NCBI GenBank assembly: GCA_001917855.1 | Contig: MNEU01000005.1 | Span: forward strand, 813 to 64,812 | Direction: 5' to 3' | DNA: 64,000 nucleotides | DNA from: Armatimonadetes bacterium 13_1_40CM_64_14 | GTDB lineage: Bacteria > Sysuimicrobiota > Sysuimicrobiia > Sysuimicrobiales > Kaftiobacteriaceae | Notes under the pieces: generated by a model | The model's input: the letters and a program-made list of their open reading frames with translations, nothing else | The model's database searches: none | Told to the model about the DNA's origin: nothing | In this document: piece after piece, positions 1-9,151 of the stretch | How the letters are laid out: every line of letters begins with the position of its first letter | How positions within the stretch are numbered: position 1 is the stretch's first letter | Position numbers and translations under genes: made by a program

Positions 1-779
1 AGCGCGACGGCACGGTGTCCGTGTATGGTTTTCGAATCCCGTTTACCGCGCGCCCGCAGGCCTGGTTGTCCAGTCGCCAACAGGCGGTCCTGTGCTACCG
101 GCGGGGCAAGTTCATCCTGCATCAGGTAGTGGAGGTGGACGTCCCGGCTCCTGTCCCCGTGCAGGAGTACCTGGGCTGCGACCTGGGGACGGTGAACCTC
201 CTTACAGACAGCGAAACGGAGGCCTACAGCGGTCAGGCCGTGGAAGAAAAACGGCGGATTTACGTTCACCGGCGAGCGCGTCTGCAGAAGCGGGGCACGC
301 GGGCGGCCCGCCGGAAACTCAGAGCACTATCCGGACGCCAGCGGCGATACCAGCGGGATGTCAACCATGGGATCGCCAAACGGGTTGTGGCCAAGGCGCA
401 ACGGCTCTGTTGTGGCATCGCCCTGGAAGACCTCCGGGGCATCCGCGACAGGATAAAGGCCAGGCGCCGGCAGCGGGCCCGATTGCACAACTGGGCGTTC
501 GGACAACTACGGCAGTTCATTGTCTACAAGGCCGCGAAAGCCGGGGTCCCGGTCGTCTTCGTAGATCCAGCCAACACGAGTCGCACCTGCCCGGTCTGTG
601 GTCATGTGGACAAGCGGAACCGTCGTTCGCAAGCAGAATTCAGCTGTCGTCGGTGCGGGCACGCTGGGCCGGCCGACGTCATCGCGGCACGGAACGTACG
701 TGCCTGGGCGCATGGCGATGCGCCGATGGTCGCGTCCGCAAGGGCAGCGACAAGTCCCTACCCAACGTCGAGGGGATAA
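1..779 (+). CDS. tnpB: IS200/IS605-family TnpB (OrfB) RNA-guided endonuclease; 5' end cut by window edge
   Basis: RuvC-like motifs (GCDLG, IALEDL, DVIAARN) and CPVCG...CRRCG zinc finger. About 95% identical to the full-length copy at 27811..28893. Confidence 0.9.
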   Translation, partial: RDGTVSVYGFRIPFTARPQAWLSSRQQAVLCYRRGKFILHQVVEVDVPAPVPVQEYLGCDLGTVNLLTDSETEAYSGQAVEEKRRIYVHRRARLQKRGTRAARRKLRALSGRQRRYQRDVNHGIAKRVVAKAQRLCCGIALEDLRGIRDRIKARRRQRARLHNWAFGQLRQFIVYKAAKAGVPVVFVDPANTSRTCPVCGHVDKRNRRSQAEFSCRRCGHAGPADVIAARNVRAWAHGDAPMVASARAATSPYPTSRG

Positions 780-784
780 TCGCC
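1..784 (+). mobile_element. IS1341-like TnpB-only element, copy 1 (partial). The right end is at about 784, roughly 5 nt past the tnpB stop
   Basis: Similarity to copy 2 ends at ...gataatcgcc (784), after which the flanks diverge. No tnpA is present. Confidence 0.65.
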
Positions 785-785
785 G

Positions 786-1457
786 TTGATGTCGTACTCC
801 GGCCTCACCTTTGCGAACCTCCAGCCGTTCGATCCACGTCCAGTTCCGATCATCCGGGCGATAGGGGAGGACTCGCAGCTACCACGGCGCGCCATCGAGG
901 CGCTGCGGCGGGGACAGGCGATCGTGTTTCCCACCGACACCGTCTATGGTCTGGGATGCCGCATCGACGACGAAGACGCCGTCCGGCGCATCTACGCAAT
1001 CAAAGGCCGGCCGCTCACCGAACCACTTCCGGTGTTGCTGGCCGATCCCATTCAGGTGCAGACCTACACACGTGGCGTGAACGCGGCGGCGCAACGCCTC
1101 ATTAGCCGTTTTTGGCCGGGGGCTCTGACGCTAGTGTTTCTTCGGTCCGATCGCATCCCGCCGGCCGTGGCGGGGGGCGGGGAAACGGTAGGATTACGGG
1201 TCCCGGCCCATCCCATTCCGCGCGCGCTTGCGCGCGCCATGCTGACACCCATCGTTGGCACCAGTGCGAACTCCCACGGCATGCCTGCGCCCGTCACCGC
1301 GCAGCTGGCCGTGTGGGACCTGGGCGACCGGGTGGACCTCGTCCTGGATGGCGGCCGTGCGACGCTCGGGCGGGAGTCGACGGTGGTCGATGTGACCGGT
1401 ACTATTCCCCGCCTCGTTCGCCAAGGAGCGATCCCCGCCGGAGAATTGGGCCTGTGA
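786..1457 (+). CDS. tsaC: L-threonylcarbamoyladenylate synthase, TsaC/YrdC family
   Basis: YrdC-domain motifs (FPTDTVYGLGC, GPLTLV, GTSANSHG). The start abuts the IS right end, so the true start is uncertain. Confidence 0.75.
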   Translation: MMSYSGLTFANLQPFDPRPVPIIRAIGEDSQLPRRAIEALRRGQAIVFPTDTVYGLGCRIDDEDAVRRIYAIKGRPLTEPLPVLLADPIQVQTYTRGVNAAAQRLISRFWPGALTLVFLRSDRIPPAVAGGGETVGLRVPAHPIPRALARAMLTPIVGTSANSHGMPAPVTAQLAVWDLGDRVDLVLDGGRATLGRESTVVDVTGTIPRLVRQGAIPAGELGL

Positions 1458-1461
1458 GCCG

Positions 1462-1959
1462 ATGAAGATTGCGATCGCGAGCGACCATGCCGGGTTCAGC
1501 TTGAAAGAGGACGTCAAGCAACTGCTCCGGGAGCTGGGACACGAGGTGCGGGATTTCGGCGCCCACTCCGAAGAGCCGGTGGACTACCCCGATTTCGTGG
1601 TGCAGGCGGCGGATGCGGTGCGGCGAGCGGAGTGCGTGCGCGCCATCGTGCTCGGCGGGTCCGGCAATGGCGAGGCGATGGTCGCGAACAAGGTGCCAGG
1701 AATCCGGTGCGCGCTGTGCCATGATGTGACGACGGCCCGCCTGGCCCGCGCCCACAATGATGCGAACGTACTCGCCCTCGGTCAGCGCATCACGGGGAGC
1801 GAAGTCGCCAAAGACATCGTCCGAATGTGGCTCGACACTCCTTTTGAGGGAGGGCGCCACCAGCGGCGAGTGGACAAGATCGCGGCCGTGGAAGCCAGGG
1901 TGGCCGGACGACCCGCGCCGGCGCGCGGCGGAACGCACAAGACCCGACGAGGGGGATGA
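1462..1959 (+). CDS. rpiB: ribose-5-phosphate isomerase B
   Basis: RpiB/LacAB signature: [12 protein letters not shown]...GGSGNGE...[10 protein letters not shown]. Confidence 0.85.
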   Translation: MKIAIASDHAGFSLKEDVKQLLRELGHEVRDFGAHSEEPVDYPDFVVQAADAVRRAECVRAIVLGGSGNGEAMVANKVPGIRCALCHDVTTARLARAHNDANVLALGQRITGSEVAKDIVRMWLDTPFEGGRHQRRVDKIAAVEARVAGRPAPARGGTHKTRRGG

Positions 1960-1967
1960 GCGACATG

Positions 1968-2654
1968 AGCAAAGGGCCGGCGTCCCGCGCCGGGGGGCAA
2001 ACACGAGGCGGTGGCGCCGCGGCGACTGGGAAGCTCTACGTGTTCGACCACCCGCTGATTCTGCACAAACTGACGATCCTTCGCGACAAGCGCACGGGCC
2101 ACAAAGAGTTCCGGGAGCTGGTCGAGGAGCTGGCCATGCTCATGGCGTTTGAGGTCACACGCAGCCACCCGACCCGGGAGATCGAGGTCGAGACCCCGCT
2201 GGCACGGACGAAAGGCCGCAGTATTGCCGGACGGGAGATCGCGGTCATCCCGATCCTGCGCGCTGGCTTGGCGATGGAAGTGGGGATCACGCGATTGATT
2301 CCCACCGCTCGCGTCGGGCATGTCGGCATCTACCGGGACCCCGAGAGCCTGGAACCTGTCACCTACTACTCGAAGCTCCCGGTGGATATCGCGGAGCGCG
2401 AGGCGATGATCGTGGACCCGATGCTCGCGACCGGGGGATCCATCGTCGCCTGCATCGACGCTCTCAAGCAGCGGGGATGCAAGACGATCAAGGTGATGAC
2501 CATCATTTCGGCGCCCGAGGGGATCAAGAAGGTGCACGAAGCCCATCCGGATATTGAAATCTACACCGCCGCCGTGGATAGTCACCTCAACGACCACGGC
2601 TACATCGTCCCCGGGCTCGGCGATGCAGGCGACCGGTTGTTCGGAACAAAGTAG
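1968..2654 (+). CDS. upp: uracil phosphoribosyltransferase
   Basis: [14 protein letters not shown], PRTase motif [12 protein letters not shown]-terminal [13 protein letters not shown]. Start chosen at the ATG with an upstream GAGGGGG. Confidence 0.9.
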   Translation, partial: SKGPASRAGGQTRGGGAAATGKLYVFDHPLILHKLTILRDKRTGHKEFRELVEELAMLMAFEVTRSHPTREIEVETPLARTKGRSIAGREIAVIPILRAGLAMEVGITRLIPTARVGHVGIYRDPESLEPVTYYSKLPVDIAEREAMIVDPMLATGGSIVACIDALKQRGCKTIKVMTIISAPEGIKKVHEAHPDIEIYTAAVDSHLNDHGYIVPGLGDAGDRLFGTK

Positions 2655-2774
2655 CGGAGGGCGATTGACAGCGCCATCGGTTCTTATGAACCGGAAGACG
2701 GCAAGGCGGAGGAACGCCGGGGAACCCGCGATGCCTGTGCAGCGGCGGGGCCAGAGCCGGTGGGCGTCCTCCCC

Positions 2775-3236
2775 ATGAGCAGGCCGTCGTGGGACGCCTA
2801 TTTCATGCGCATGGCGCATCTCGCCTCAACGCGCTCGACGTGCGTCCGCCGCAAAGTCGGCGCGGTGATGGTCAAAGACCGCATGGTCCTCACGACCGGG
2901 TATAACGATACCCCTCGGGGGGTGCGCAATTGCGGTGACGGGGGATGTGCGCGCTGTGCGGGAGACGCACCTTCGGGCACCGGCCACGACACGTGTCTGT
3001 GCATTCACGCCGAAATGAACTGCGTCATTCAGGCAGCCTACCATGGTGTCTCGGTGGTAGGCGGGACGCTGTACTGCACGTATCTCCCGTGTCTGACGTG
3101 CGCGAAAATTCTGCTCAACGTCGGGATCAAGCGGATTGTTTTTGAAGGCGACTACCCGGACCCGCTATCGTTAGACCTCCTCACGACTGCAGACGTCGAC
3201 TTGGTCCGCTACGCCGAAGAGAGTGTCCGCACCTAG
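2775..3236 (+). CDS. dCMP deaminase (ComEB/CMP-dCMP deaminase zinc-binding family)
   Basis: HAEMN...PCLTCA zinc-binding motifs; about 153 aa. Confidence 0.8.
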   Translation: MSRPSWDAYFMRMAHLASTRSTCVRRKVGAVMVKDRMVLTTGYNDTPRGVRNCGDGGCARCAGDAPSGTGHDTCLCIHAEMNCVIQAAYHGVSVVGGTLYCTYLPCLTCAKILLNVGIKRIVFEGDYPDPLSLDLLTTADVDLVRYAEESVRT

Positions 3237-3295
3237 GCGTTCAGGCCTGGATGCGCGCGCGGCGTGCACCGAATCCGCGCATTTCCCGTTTCCTG

Positions 3296-3347
3296 TAGGT
3301 GTGCTATAATCCCCTTCGGCTTTCGGCCGGATGGTAGCCGGCTTTTT
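3296..3347 (+). promoter_or_regulatory. extended -10 promoter-like element (tgcTATAAT) followed by a GC hairpin (ggccgg...ccggc) and a T5 tract in the rplY leader
   Basis: TGnTATAAT at 3302-3310. Hairpin plus TTTTT at about 3324-3347, directly upstream of the rplY RBS GGAG. Confidence 0.35.
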
Positions 3348-3361
3348 CGTTTGGAGACGTC

Positions 3362-4177
3362 ATGGAACGGGTCACCCTAGAAGCAAAAACGCGCGAGGGC
3401 TTAGGCAAGAACCAGGTCCGCAGACTCCGCCACGACGGGCGAATTCCCGGGATTGTGTACGGACGTGGGCGCGAGCCGCTGCCCGTCGCCGTCGACGCCA
3501 AGGCACTGGGGGCCGTCCTGCATACCCAAGCCGGGCGGAACGTGCTCATCGATTTGGCCATTGGCAACGGAGACCGCCGCGCCGAAACGGTCATGGTGAA
3601 GGAACTCCAGCGCGACATCTTCCGACGCGACATCACCCACGTCGACTTCTACGCCATCGATCTCACCCGCCCCCTCGAAGCCTCAGTCCCCATCACCTTC
3701 ATCGGGCAGGCGGCGGGGATCGCCGACGGGGGCGTTTTTGAGGTGCACCTCCGTGAGGTTGTCGTGAAGTGTCTGCCCACGCAGATTCCGGACCACATCG
3801 AGATGAACATCAACGCGTTGGGGGTGGGCGACGCGATTCACGTTCGAGACCTTGTCCTCCCGGCAGAGGCCACGGTCGTGACCCCTCCGGAGGAAGTCGT
3901 CGCGACGGTTGTGGTTCCGAAGGTGGTGGAGGAAGTGACGACGGCGGCGGCACCCGCAGAGGCGGGAGCCCCCGCAGCAGCAGGGGCGCCTGAAGCTACG
4001 GCGGAAGCGAAGCCGGCCGAAGCCAAGCCTGCGGCGGTCAAGTCTGCCGCGTCGCCCGAGAAGGCGGAGAAGGCGAAGCCGGAGGCATCAGGGGCCAAGG
4101 CGAAGTCAGAGGCAGGGCCGAAAGCGAAGCCAGACGCAGGGGCGAAGGCAAAACCAGAGACAGGCTCAAAGGCATAG
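3362..4177 (+). CDS. rplY: 50S ribosomal protein L25/general stress protein Ctc, with a long Ala/Lys/Pro/Glu-rich C-terminal tail
   Basis: N-terminal Ctc/L25 fold (GKNQVRRLRHDGRIPGIVYG...). The last ~90 aa are low-complexity AKAKPE repeats. Confidence 0.85.
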   Translation: MERVTLEAKTREGLGKNQVRRLRHDGRIPGIVYGRGREPLPVAVDAKALGAVLHTQAGRNVLIDLAIGNGDRRAETVMVKELQRDIFRRDITHVDFYAIDLTRPLEASVPITFIGQAAGIADGGVFEVHLREVVVKCLPTQIPDHIEMNINALGVGDAIHVRDLVLPAEATVVTPPEEVVATVVVPKVVEEVTTAAAPAEAGAPAAAGAPEATAEAKPAEAKPAAVKSAASPEKAEKAKPEASGAKAKSEAGPKAKPDAGAKAKPETGSKA

Positions 4178-4277
4178 GCTGCCAGCCGTCTGGGGCAGCA
4201 GGCAGGATGCAGAAGGCAGCGATGACGCTGTCTGGTGCGATCTGCCTGCTGCTTCGTGCTGACTGGGGACCGTGCTG

Positions 4278-4898
4278 ATGAAACTCGTCGTCGGTCTCGG
4301 AAATCCCGATCGCCGCTATCGACGGACCCGCCACAATGTGGGATGGGACGTCATCGATAGGCTGGCGCGTCGGTGGGAGGTGACGGTGGACCAGGAAGAC
4401 GGGTGGGCCCGGGTGGGGAGCGCGAAGGTCGGCCGTCACCGCATCCTCCTGGCCAAACCGCAGACCTACGTGAACCGCAGCGGAGTGGCGGTCGCGGATC
4501 TGCTCCGACGGCACCGGGTGAAGATTGAAGACCTGCTGGTGGTCGCGGACGATCTCGACCTGTCGTTGGGGCGGCTGCGCCTCCGCGGGAGGGGCAGCCC
4601 CGGCGGACACAACGGCCTGCGGTCCATCATTGACGCCCTCGGTCGCGACGACTTTCCGCGATTGCGCGTGGGGATCGGTCGGCCTCCCTCCGGCGTCGAT
4701 CCTGCCGAATTTGTGCTCACGCCTTTTCGCGAAGACGAAGACGCCGCGATGCGAGCCGCGCTCGACCGTGCCGCGGACGCCGTCGAGACCGCCCTCCGCG
4801 AGGGGCTGCAAGCGGCCATGAACCGTTTCAACACCCGGGGGCCTGCGAACGCGGGCCCCGACAAGGCCGCCCGGCGCGTGTCACCCTCTGGCTCCTGA
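4278..4898 (+). CDS. pth: peptidyl-tRNA hydrolase
   Basis: MKLVVGLGNPD...RHNVG...YVNRSG. Conserved rplY-pth linkage. Confidence 0.9.
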   Translation: MKLVVGLGNPDRRYRRTRHNVGWDVIDRLARRWEVTVDQEDGWARVGSAKVGRHRILLAKPQTYVNRSGVAVADLLRRHRVKIEDLLVVADDLDLSLGRLRLRGRGSPGGHNGLRSIIDALGRDDFPRLRVGIGRPPSGVDPAEFVLTPFREDEDAAMRAALDRAADAVETALREGLQAAMNRFNTRGPANAGPDKAARRVSPSGS

Positions 4899-4975
4899 TA
4901 CGGGGACTCATATAATAATGAAGTGAGATTGCGCCACGCGGTAGGTCCGCGACGGCAGATTAGACTGGAGGAGCG

Positions 4976-7321
4976 ATGAGCGAGGCATCCTCGACACTCC
5001 CGCAGTTTGGCCCCTTAGAGACGACGTTGCTGTGGATCGTGCTGCTCAGCAGCGTCGTCGCTCTCGTCTATGGTTTCTATTTGCGTTCCCTGGTGAACGG
5101 CCGCGATCCGGGGCCGCCGTCGATGACCGCCGTGGCCGCTGCAATCCAGGAAGGGGCCATGGCGTACTTGTGGCGGCAGCTCCGGACGATGTTGGTGGTC
5201 ATCGTCGTGGTGACGGTCGGACTGTACTTGCTCTACCGCCCAATTTACGCTGACCACCCCGTGCTGGCCATCGGGATTGCTGTGGCGTTTCTGCTCGGCT
5301 GTTTCGCCTCCTATGGCGCGGGGTTTGTCGGCATGACCTCCGCCGTCCGTGGCAACGTGCGCACGGCGAATGCGGCACGGCGCAGCTATCCGGAGGCGCT
5401 GCACATCGCTTTTCAGGCCGGTACGGTCTCCGGAATGTTCACAGTCGGGCTAGGGCTGCTTGGTGCCACGATCATGTTCATGCTGTTCCGCGAAAACGCG
5501 ATGCGGGTGCTGGTAGGCTTTGGTTTCGGGGGATCGCTCGTAGCCGCGTTCATGCGGGTGGGCGGGGGCATTTACACCAAGGCCGCCGATGTCGGAGCGG
5601 ACCTGGTGGGGAAGGTCGAAGTAGGCATTCCGGAAGATGATCCGCGCAACGCCGCCGTCATTGCCGACAACGTGGGCGACAACGTGGGAGATTGCGCCGG
5701 GATGGCCGCGGACGTGTTTGAAAGTTATGAGGTGACGCTGGTCGCCGCCATTATCCTGGGTGCCGCGACGCTTCTCGACCCGGCCTTCGTCGCTCGCTAC
5801 GGCGGGGCGGTCGGCGCCGGGGCTTTCGCGCTCAAGCTGGTGATCTTCCCACTGCTCGTCCGGGCCATCGGCGTCTTCGCCTCGATGATCGGCACCTGGG
5901 CCGTTCGCGGTCGGGATGAAGAACTCACCGATCCGATGCGGCCTATTAACGTGGGCTTTTGGACCGCGGCGATCGCTTCGGTCATCGGCTTTGGCCTCGT
6001 TAATGTGTTCTACCTGCGCGATCCCGCCACCGGCGCGCCGGACTTTCGATTCTTCTTCGCCACACTGACTGGGATACTACTGGCGGTCGTGATCGCGTGG
6101 CTCACCGAGCAGTTCACGCATCCGGATCGTGGTCCCGTCACGGAGATCGCGTATGCGACCAAGACGGGGGCTGCTACCATGCTGCTCACGGGCCTCGGCA
6201 CGGGGCTGGAGAGCACCGTGTGGGCTATCCTTGCCATCGCCGTGACGCTGGGGGTTTCCTACGCCATCTTTGGCGGATCCGTCGCGCTGGCCGCCTACGG
6301 GATCGCCCTGACCGGCTTGGGTCTCCTGACGACCACCGGGTTCATCCTCGCGATGGACACATTTGGACCGATCGTGGACAATGCCAACGGGATTTTTGAA
6401 ATGTCTGGCGTGGAACGCGGGACGTCTCAAGCGGGGCGTATCGTGGCCCGGCTCGACCAGATCGGCAACACCACCAAGGCGCTGACCAAGGGCTTTGCCA
6501 TCGCCACGGCCGTCATCGCCGCCATTGCGTTGTTCCGGTCCTTCATCGATGAGGCGCGTCTGTTCGCCACTGTGCAGGAGCTCGCTTCCGCCGGGGCGCA
6601 GCAGGCCGGGGCAATGCTCTCGCGCATTGGTATCCAGGTCAACCTGCCTCTTGTGTTCATCGGGTTACTCCTCGGGGGCGCGGTGCCGTTTCTGGTGTCC
6701 GCGTTTCTGATTCGTGCCGTTGGCCGGTCGGCGTTTTTGGTGGTGGAGGAAGTGCGCCGGCAGTTCCGGGAGATTCCCGGCCTGCTCGAAGGCCGTGCCC
6801 GGCCCGACTACTCTCGCTGTGTCGACATCGTCACACGCGCCGCGCAGCGCGAGCTCCTCGGTCCAGGGATCATCGCCATCAGCGTACCTATCCTCGTGGG
6901 TTTTGCCTTAGGTGCCGCGCCGCTCGGAGCGTACTTGGCCGGGGCAATTCTGACCGCGCAACTGCTGGCGGTGTTCATGGCCAATACGGGCGGGGCGTGG
7001 GACAACGCGAAGAAGAAGATTGAAGACGGCTACCTCGGTGGAAAGGGAACAGACGCCCACAAGGCCGCGGTCATCGGCGACACGGTAGGCGACCCCCTTA
7101 AGGATACCGCCGGCCCGGCACTCAACCCGGTGATCAAGGTGATGAACCTCGTGGCGATTCTGATCGCCCCGGTTGTCATCCGGCCATTGCCTGATGCCGT
7201 GCGGTTCACCGTCATCGGGGTGGCACTGGTGCTAGTGGTGACCGCGGTGACCATAAGTCGGCGAACAACCATTCCAGTGGACGCGTCCCTGCCTGACACT
7301 GCACAAGTGGCGAAGCACTAA
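4976..7321 (+). CDS. hppA: membrane-bound proton/sodium-translocating pyrophosphatase
   Basis: 781 aa and multi-TM. Contains GGIYTKAADVGADLVGKVE and DNVGDNVGDCAGMAADVFESY motifs. Upstream TATAAT and GGAGG. Confidence 0.9.
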   Translation: MSEASSTLPQFGPLETTLLWIVLLSSVVALVYGFYLRSLVNGRDPGPPSMTAVAAAIQEGAMAYLWRQLRTMLVVIVVVTVGLYLLYRPIYADHPVLAIGIAVAFLLGCFASYGAGFVGMTSAVRGNVRTANAARRSYPEALHIAFQAGTVSGMFTVGLGLLGATIMFMLFRENAMRVLVGFGFGGSLVAAFMRVGGGIYTKAADVGADLVGKVEVGIPEDDPRNAAVIADNVGDNVGDCAGMAADVFESYEVTLVAAIILGAATLLDPAFVARYGGAVGAGAFALKLVIFPLLVRAIGVFASMIGTWAVRGRDEELTDPMRPINVGFWTAAIASVIGFGLVNVFYLRDPATGAPDFRFFFATLTGILLAVVIAWLTEQFTHPDRGPVTEIAYATKTGAATMLLTGLGTGLESTVWAILAIAVTLGVSYAIFGGSVALAAYGIALTGLGLLTTTGFILAMDTFGPIVDNANGIFEMSGVERGTSQAGRIVARLDQIGNTTKALTKGFAIATAVIAAIALFRSFIDEARLFATVQELASAGAQQAGAMLSRIGIQVNLPLVFIGLLLGGAVPFLVSAFLIRAVGRSAFLVVEEVRRQFREIPGLLEGRARPDYSRCVDIVTRAAQRELLGPGIIAISVPILVGFALGAAPLGAYLAGAILTAQLLAVFMANTGGAWDNAKKKIEDGYLGGKGTDAHKAAVIGDTVGDPLKDTAGPALNPVIKVMNLVAILIAPVVIRPLPDAVRFTVIGVALVLVVTAVTISRRTTIPVDASLPDTAQVAKH

Positions 7322-7346
7322 CCCTGCGACGGACACCGAACCGGTT

Positions 7347-8825
7347 TTAGGGAGCTGCCCACGACGGGATTTTCGCTGACCGGTCGGACTCCGGGGGGCG
7401 CCGGAGCACGACGAGCGCGGACGCGACCATCCGCTCAAAGCCGTCAGACGGCGCATTGACGATCCGGCCGCCGACGACCATTGTTGCGGAGCCGCCGCCA
7501 TCCAAATTCATGGCATCCTGGGCTCCCAAGCTAACCATCAGGTCGCCCATCTCTGGCAAGGTCATCCCCGGATTCTGACGACTTCCCCCGTCAACCGTCA
7601 CCAGCAGCAGTTTGCCCAACGCGGTGATGCCGACTGCCGTGCGCGCCGCCCGCCGCCAGGTCAGCGGCGACGAGAACGATTCCCACGCGAACGGGACGAA
7701 CGCCCGGCCGCTCTTGACGAGCCGGGGGCCTCCTCCCAACGCATTAATCATGTGGAGGTCCGGATCGAGATCGAGCGAGAGGGCCAGGCGCTGCCCAGGG
7801 TGCAGGCGCGCCAGAAACTCGGTATCCCCCTCGCTGGCGGTGAGCACGTATCCGTCCCGCGGGATGAGGATGCGTCCGGAGGGCACACGTTCCACGATGT
7901 CGCGCCGCACGACGGCGCCCAACGCGACGGGCGGGGTCAGGGGCCCGTACTGCGGCATGAAGACTGTTACCCCTCCGGGTTGGGGGAGGCTGTTCACCCC
8001 AGTGATGGGAGCCCACTGATCCTTCTGCGAGTAGATGCGTCCGGCAAATTGGAAGTCTCGAATCAGCGGCGGTCCCGCTTGCGGGAATGCCAGCACGGAG
8101 CGCCGAGGAAGCGGGAGGGACACGAGCTCGCCATTGATGACTACCAGCCCTAACGGCATGGCCGGACCGCCGAAGTAGCCGCCGTTCACAGCCGCAACCG
8201 CTTCGTGCCGTGTGGCTATCGTACTGGTCGTTTCCGTCCCGGAGACCATGTCGACAGCCAGGACAGGCCGGATCTCGAGTTCCGGATCTTCGGGATTGAT
8301 GCGCAGCAGGTGCACCCCGGTGGTGCCCGCCCGGGTGTGGGCTCGGAGCGTTTCGTACGCCACGCTTGAAGGCAAGGGAGCAGTTGCCAGCGCCGGAGGA
8401 ATGATGACCACGGTCACCGTCGCCGGGTCTGTGGTCACGTAGGTCTTGTACCGGGCCGGCCGGCGGAGGTCGATCCGGATGCGGGCCACGTCTGGGGTCA
8501 GTTGGTTGACGCGGACTCCCTGGACGTACGGATGCACCATCGTCTGCGATTGCCACTCGATCAGGTGAGCCTGCCAGAGGTCCACCAAGATACTGGTGGG
8601 CGAGGCCATCGTGCGGTAGGTAACCGGCGCGTCTAGGCGGATGATAACTTTGCCAATTTGAGCATCCGCCTCCCAGGTAATGGTCGTAACGCGGGCTGTC
8701 CTAACCTCCGCGGCGGGCAGAGGAGCCGCGCTTGCCATGAGAGCGCCGACAAGCGTCGGCAAGACGGCGCGTTGGACTGTGGTGAGGCTGCAGCTCATCC
8801 GACCCGGACACGTCCTCTGCTCCAA
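7347..8825 (-). CDS. secreted phosphodiester glycosidase family protein (NAGPA/DUF2233-like) with an N-terminal AMIN domain
   Basis: Signal-peptide-like N-terminus. AMIN-like segment (ITWEADAQIGKVIIRLDAPV...ILVDL). C-terminal ...AMNLDGGGSAT motif. Start uncertain. Confidence 0.5.
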   Translation of the reverse strand: MEQRTCPGRMSCSLTTVQRAVLPTLVGALMASAAPLPAAEVRTARVTTITWEADAQIGKVIIRLDAPVTYRTMASPTSILVDLWQAHLIEWQSQTMVHPYVQGVRVNQLTPDVARIRIDLRRPARYKTYVTTDPATVTVVIIPPALATAPLPSSVAYETLRAHTRAGTTGVHLLRINPEDPELEIRPVLAVDMVSGTETTSTIATRHEAVAAVNGGYFGGPAMPLGLVVINGELVSLPLPRRSVLAFPQAGPPLIRDFQFAGRIYSQKDQWAPITGVNSLPQPGGVTVFMPQYGPLTPPVALGAVVRRDIVERVPSGRILIPRDGYVLTASEGDTEFLARLHPGQRLALSLDLDPDLHMINALGGGPRLVKSGRAFVPFAWESFSSPLTWRRAARTAVGITALGKLLLVTVDGGSRQNPGMTLPEMGDLMVSLGAQDAMNLDGGGSATMVVGGRIVNAPSDGFERMVASALVVLRRPPESDRSAKIPSWAAP

Positions 8826-8940
8826 GCTGCACCCCCCGCGGGGGGCCGAGAAGTATCTGGGCCCGGGTCAGGGGGGTGCGCTGCGTGATCTCGCCCTTAC
8901 CATGCCCTGGTCGGACTAGAGCCAGTCTAAATAGGTCGGG

Positions 8941-8976
8941 GAAAAGAAAAGCGTCCCGGCCCACAAGCCAGGACGC
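8941..8976 (-). terminator. minus-strand intrinsic terminator-like hairpin (agcgtcc...ggacgct) followed by a U-tract
   Basis: The minus strand reads ...agcgtcctggcttgtgggccgggacgcttttcttttc. It lies between the IS481-like element and the glycosidase gene. Confidence 0.4.
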
Positions 8977-9137
8977 TGGGTGTTAGGCACAGACGGCAAG
9001 CCGTCTTACCCGAACAACAATCCTATCTGGTGGGCCGGGACCGGACTACACATCGTCGGCCTCACCTCCTTCCGTTTTCGCCATCTTCTGATGGCTAAAT
9101 CACGGTGAGCGTAGCATGGGGTCTGCGAGAGTGTCAA

Positions 9138-9151
9138 GGGTACTGTGGTTG
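9138..9151. repeat. left copy of the 14-bp direct repeat GGGTACTGTGGTTG (candidate target-site duplication)
   Basis: Identical 14-mer at 10670..10683, immediately outside the IS inverted repeats. Confidence 0.45.
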
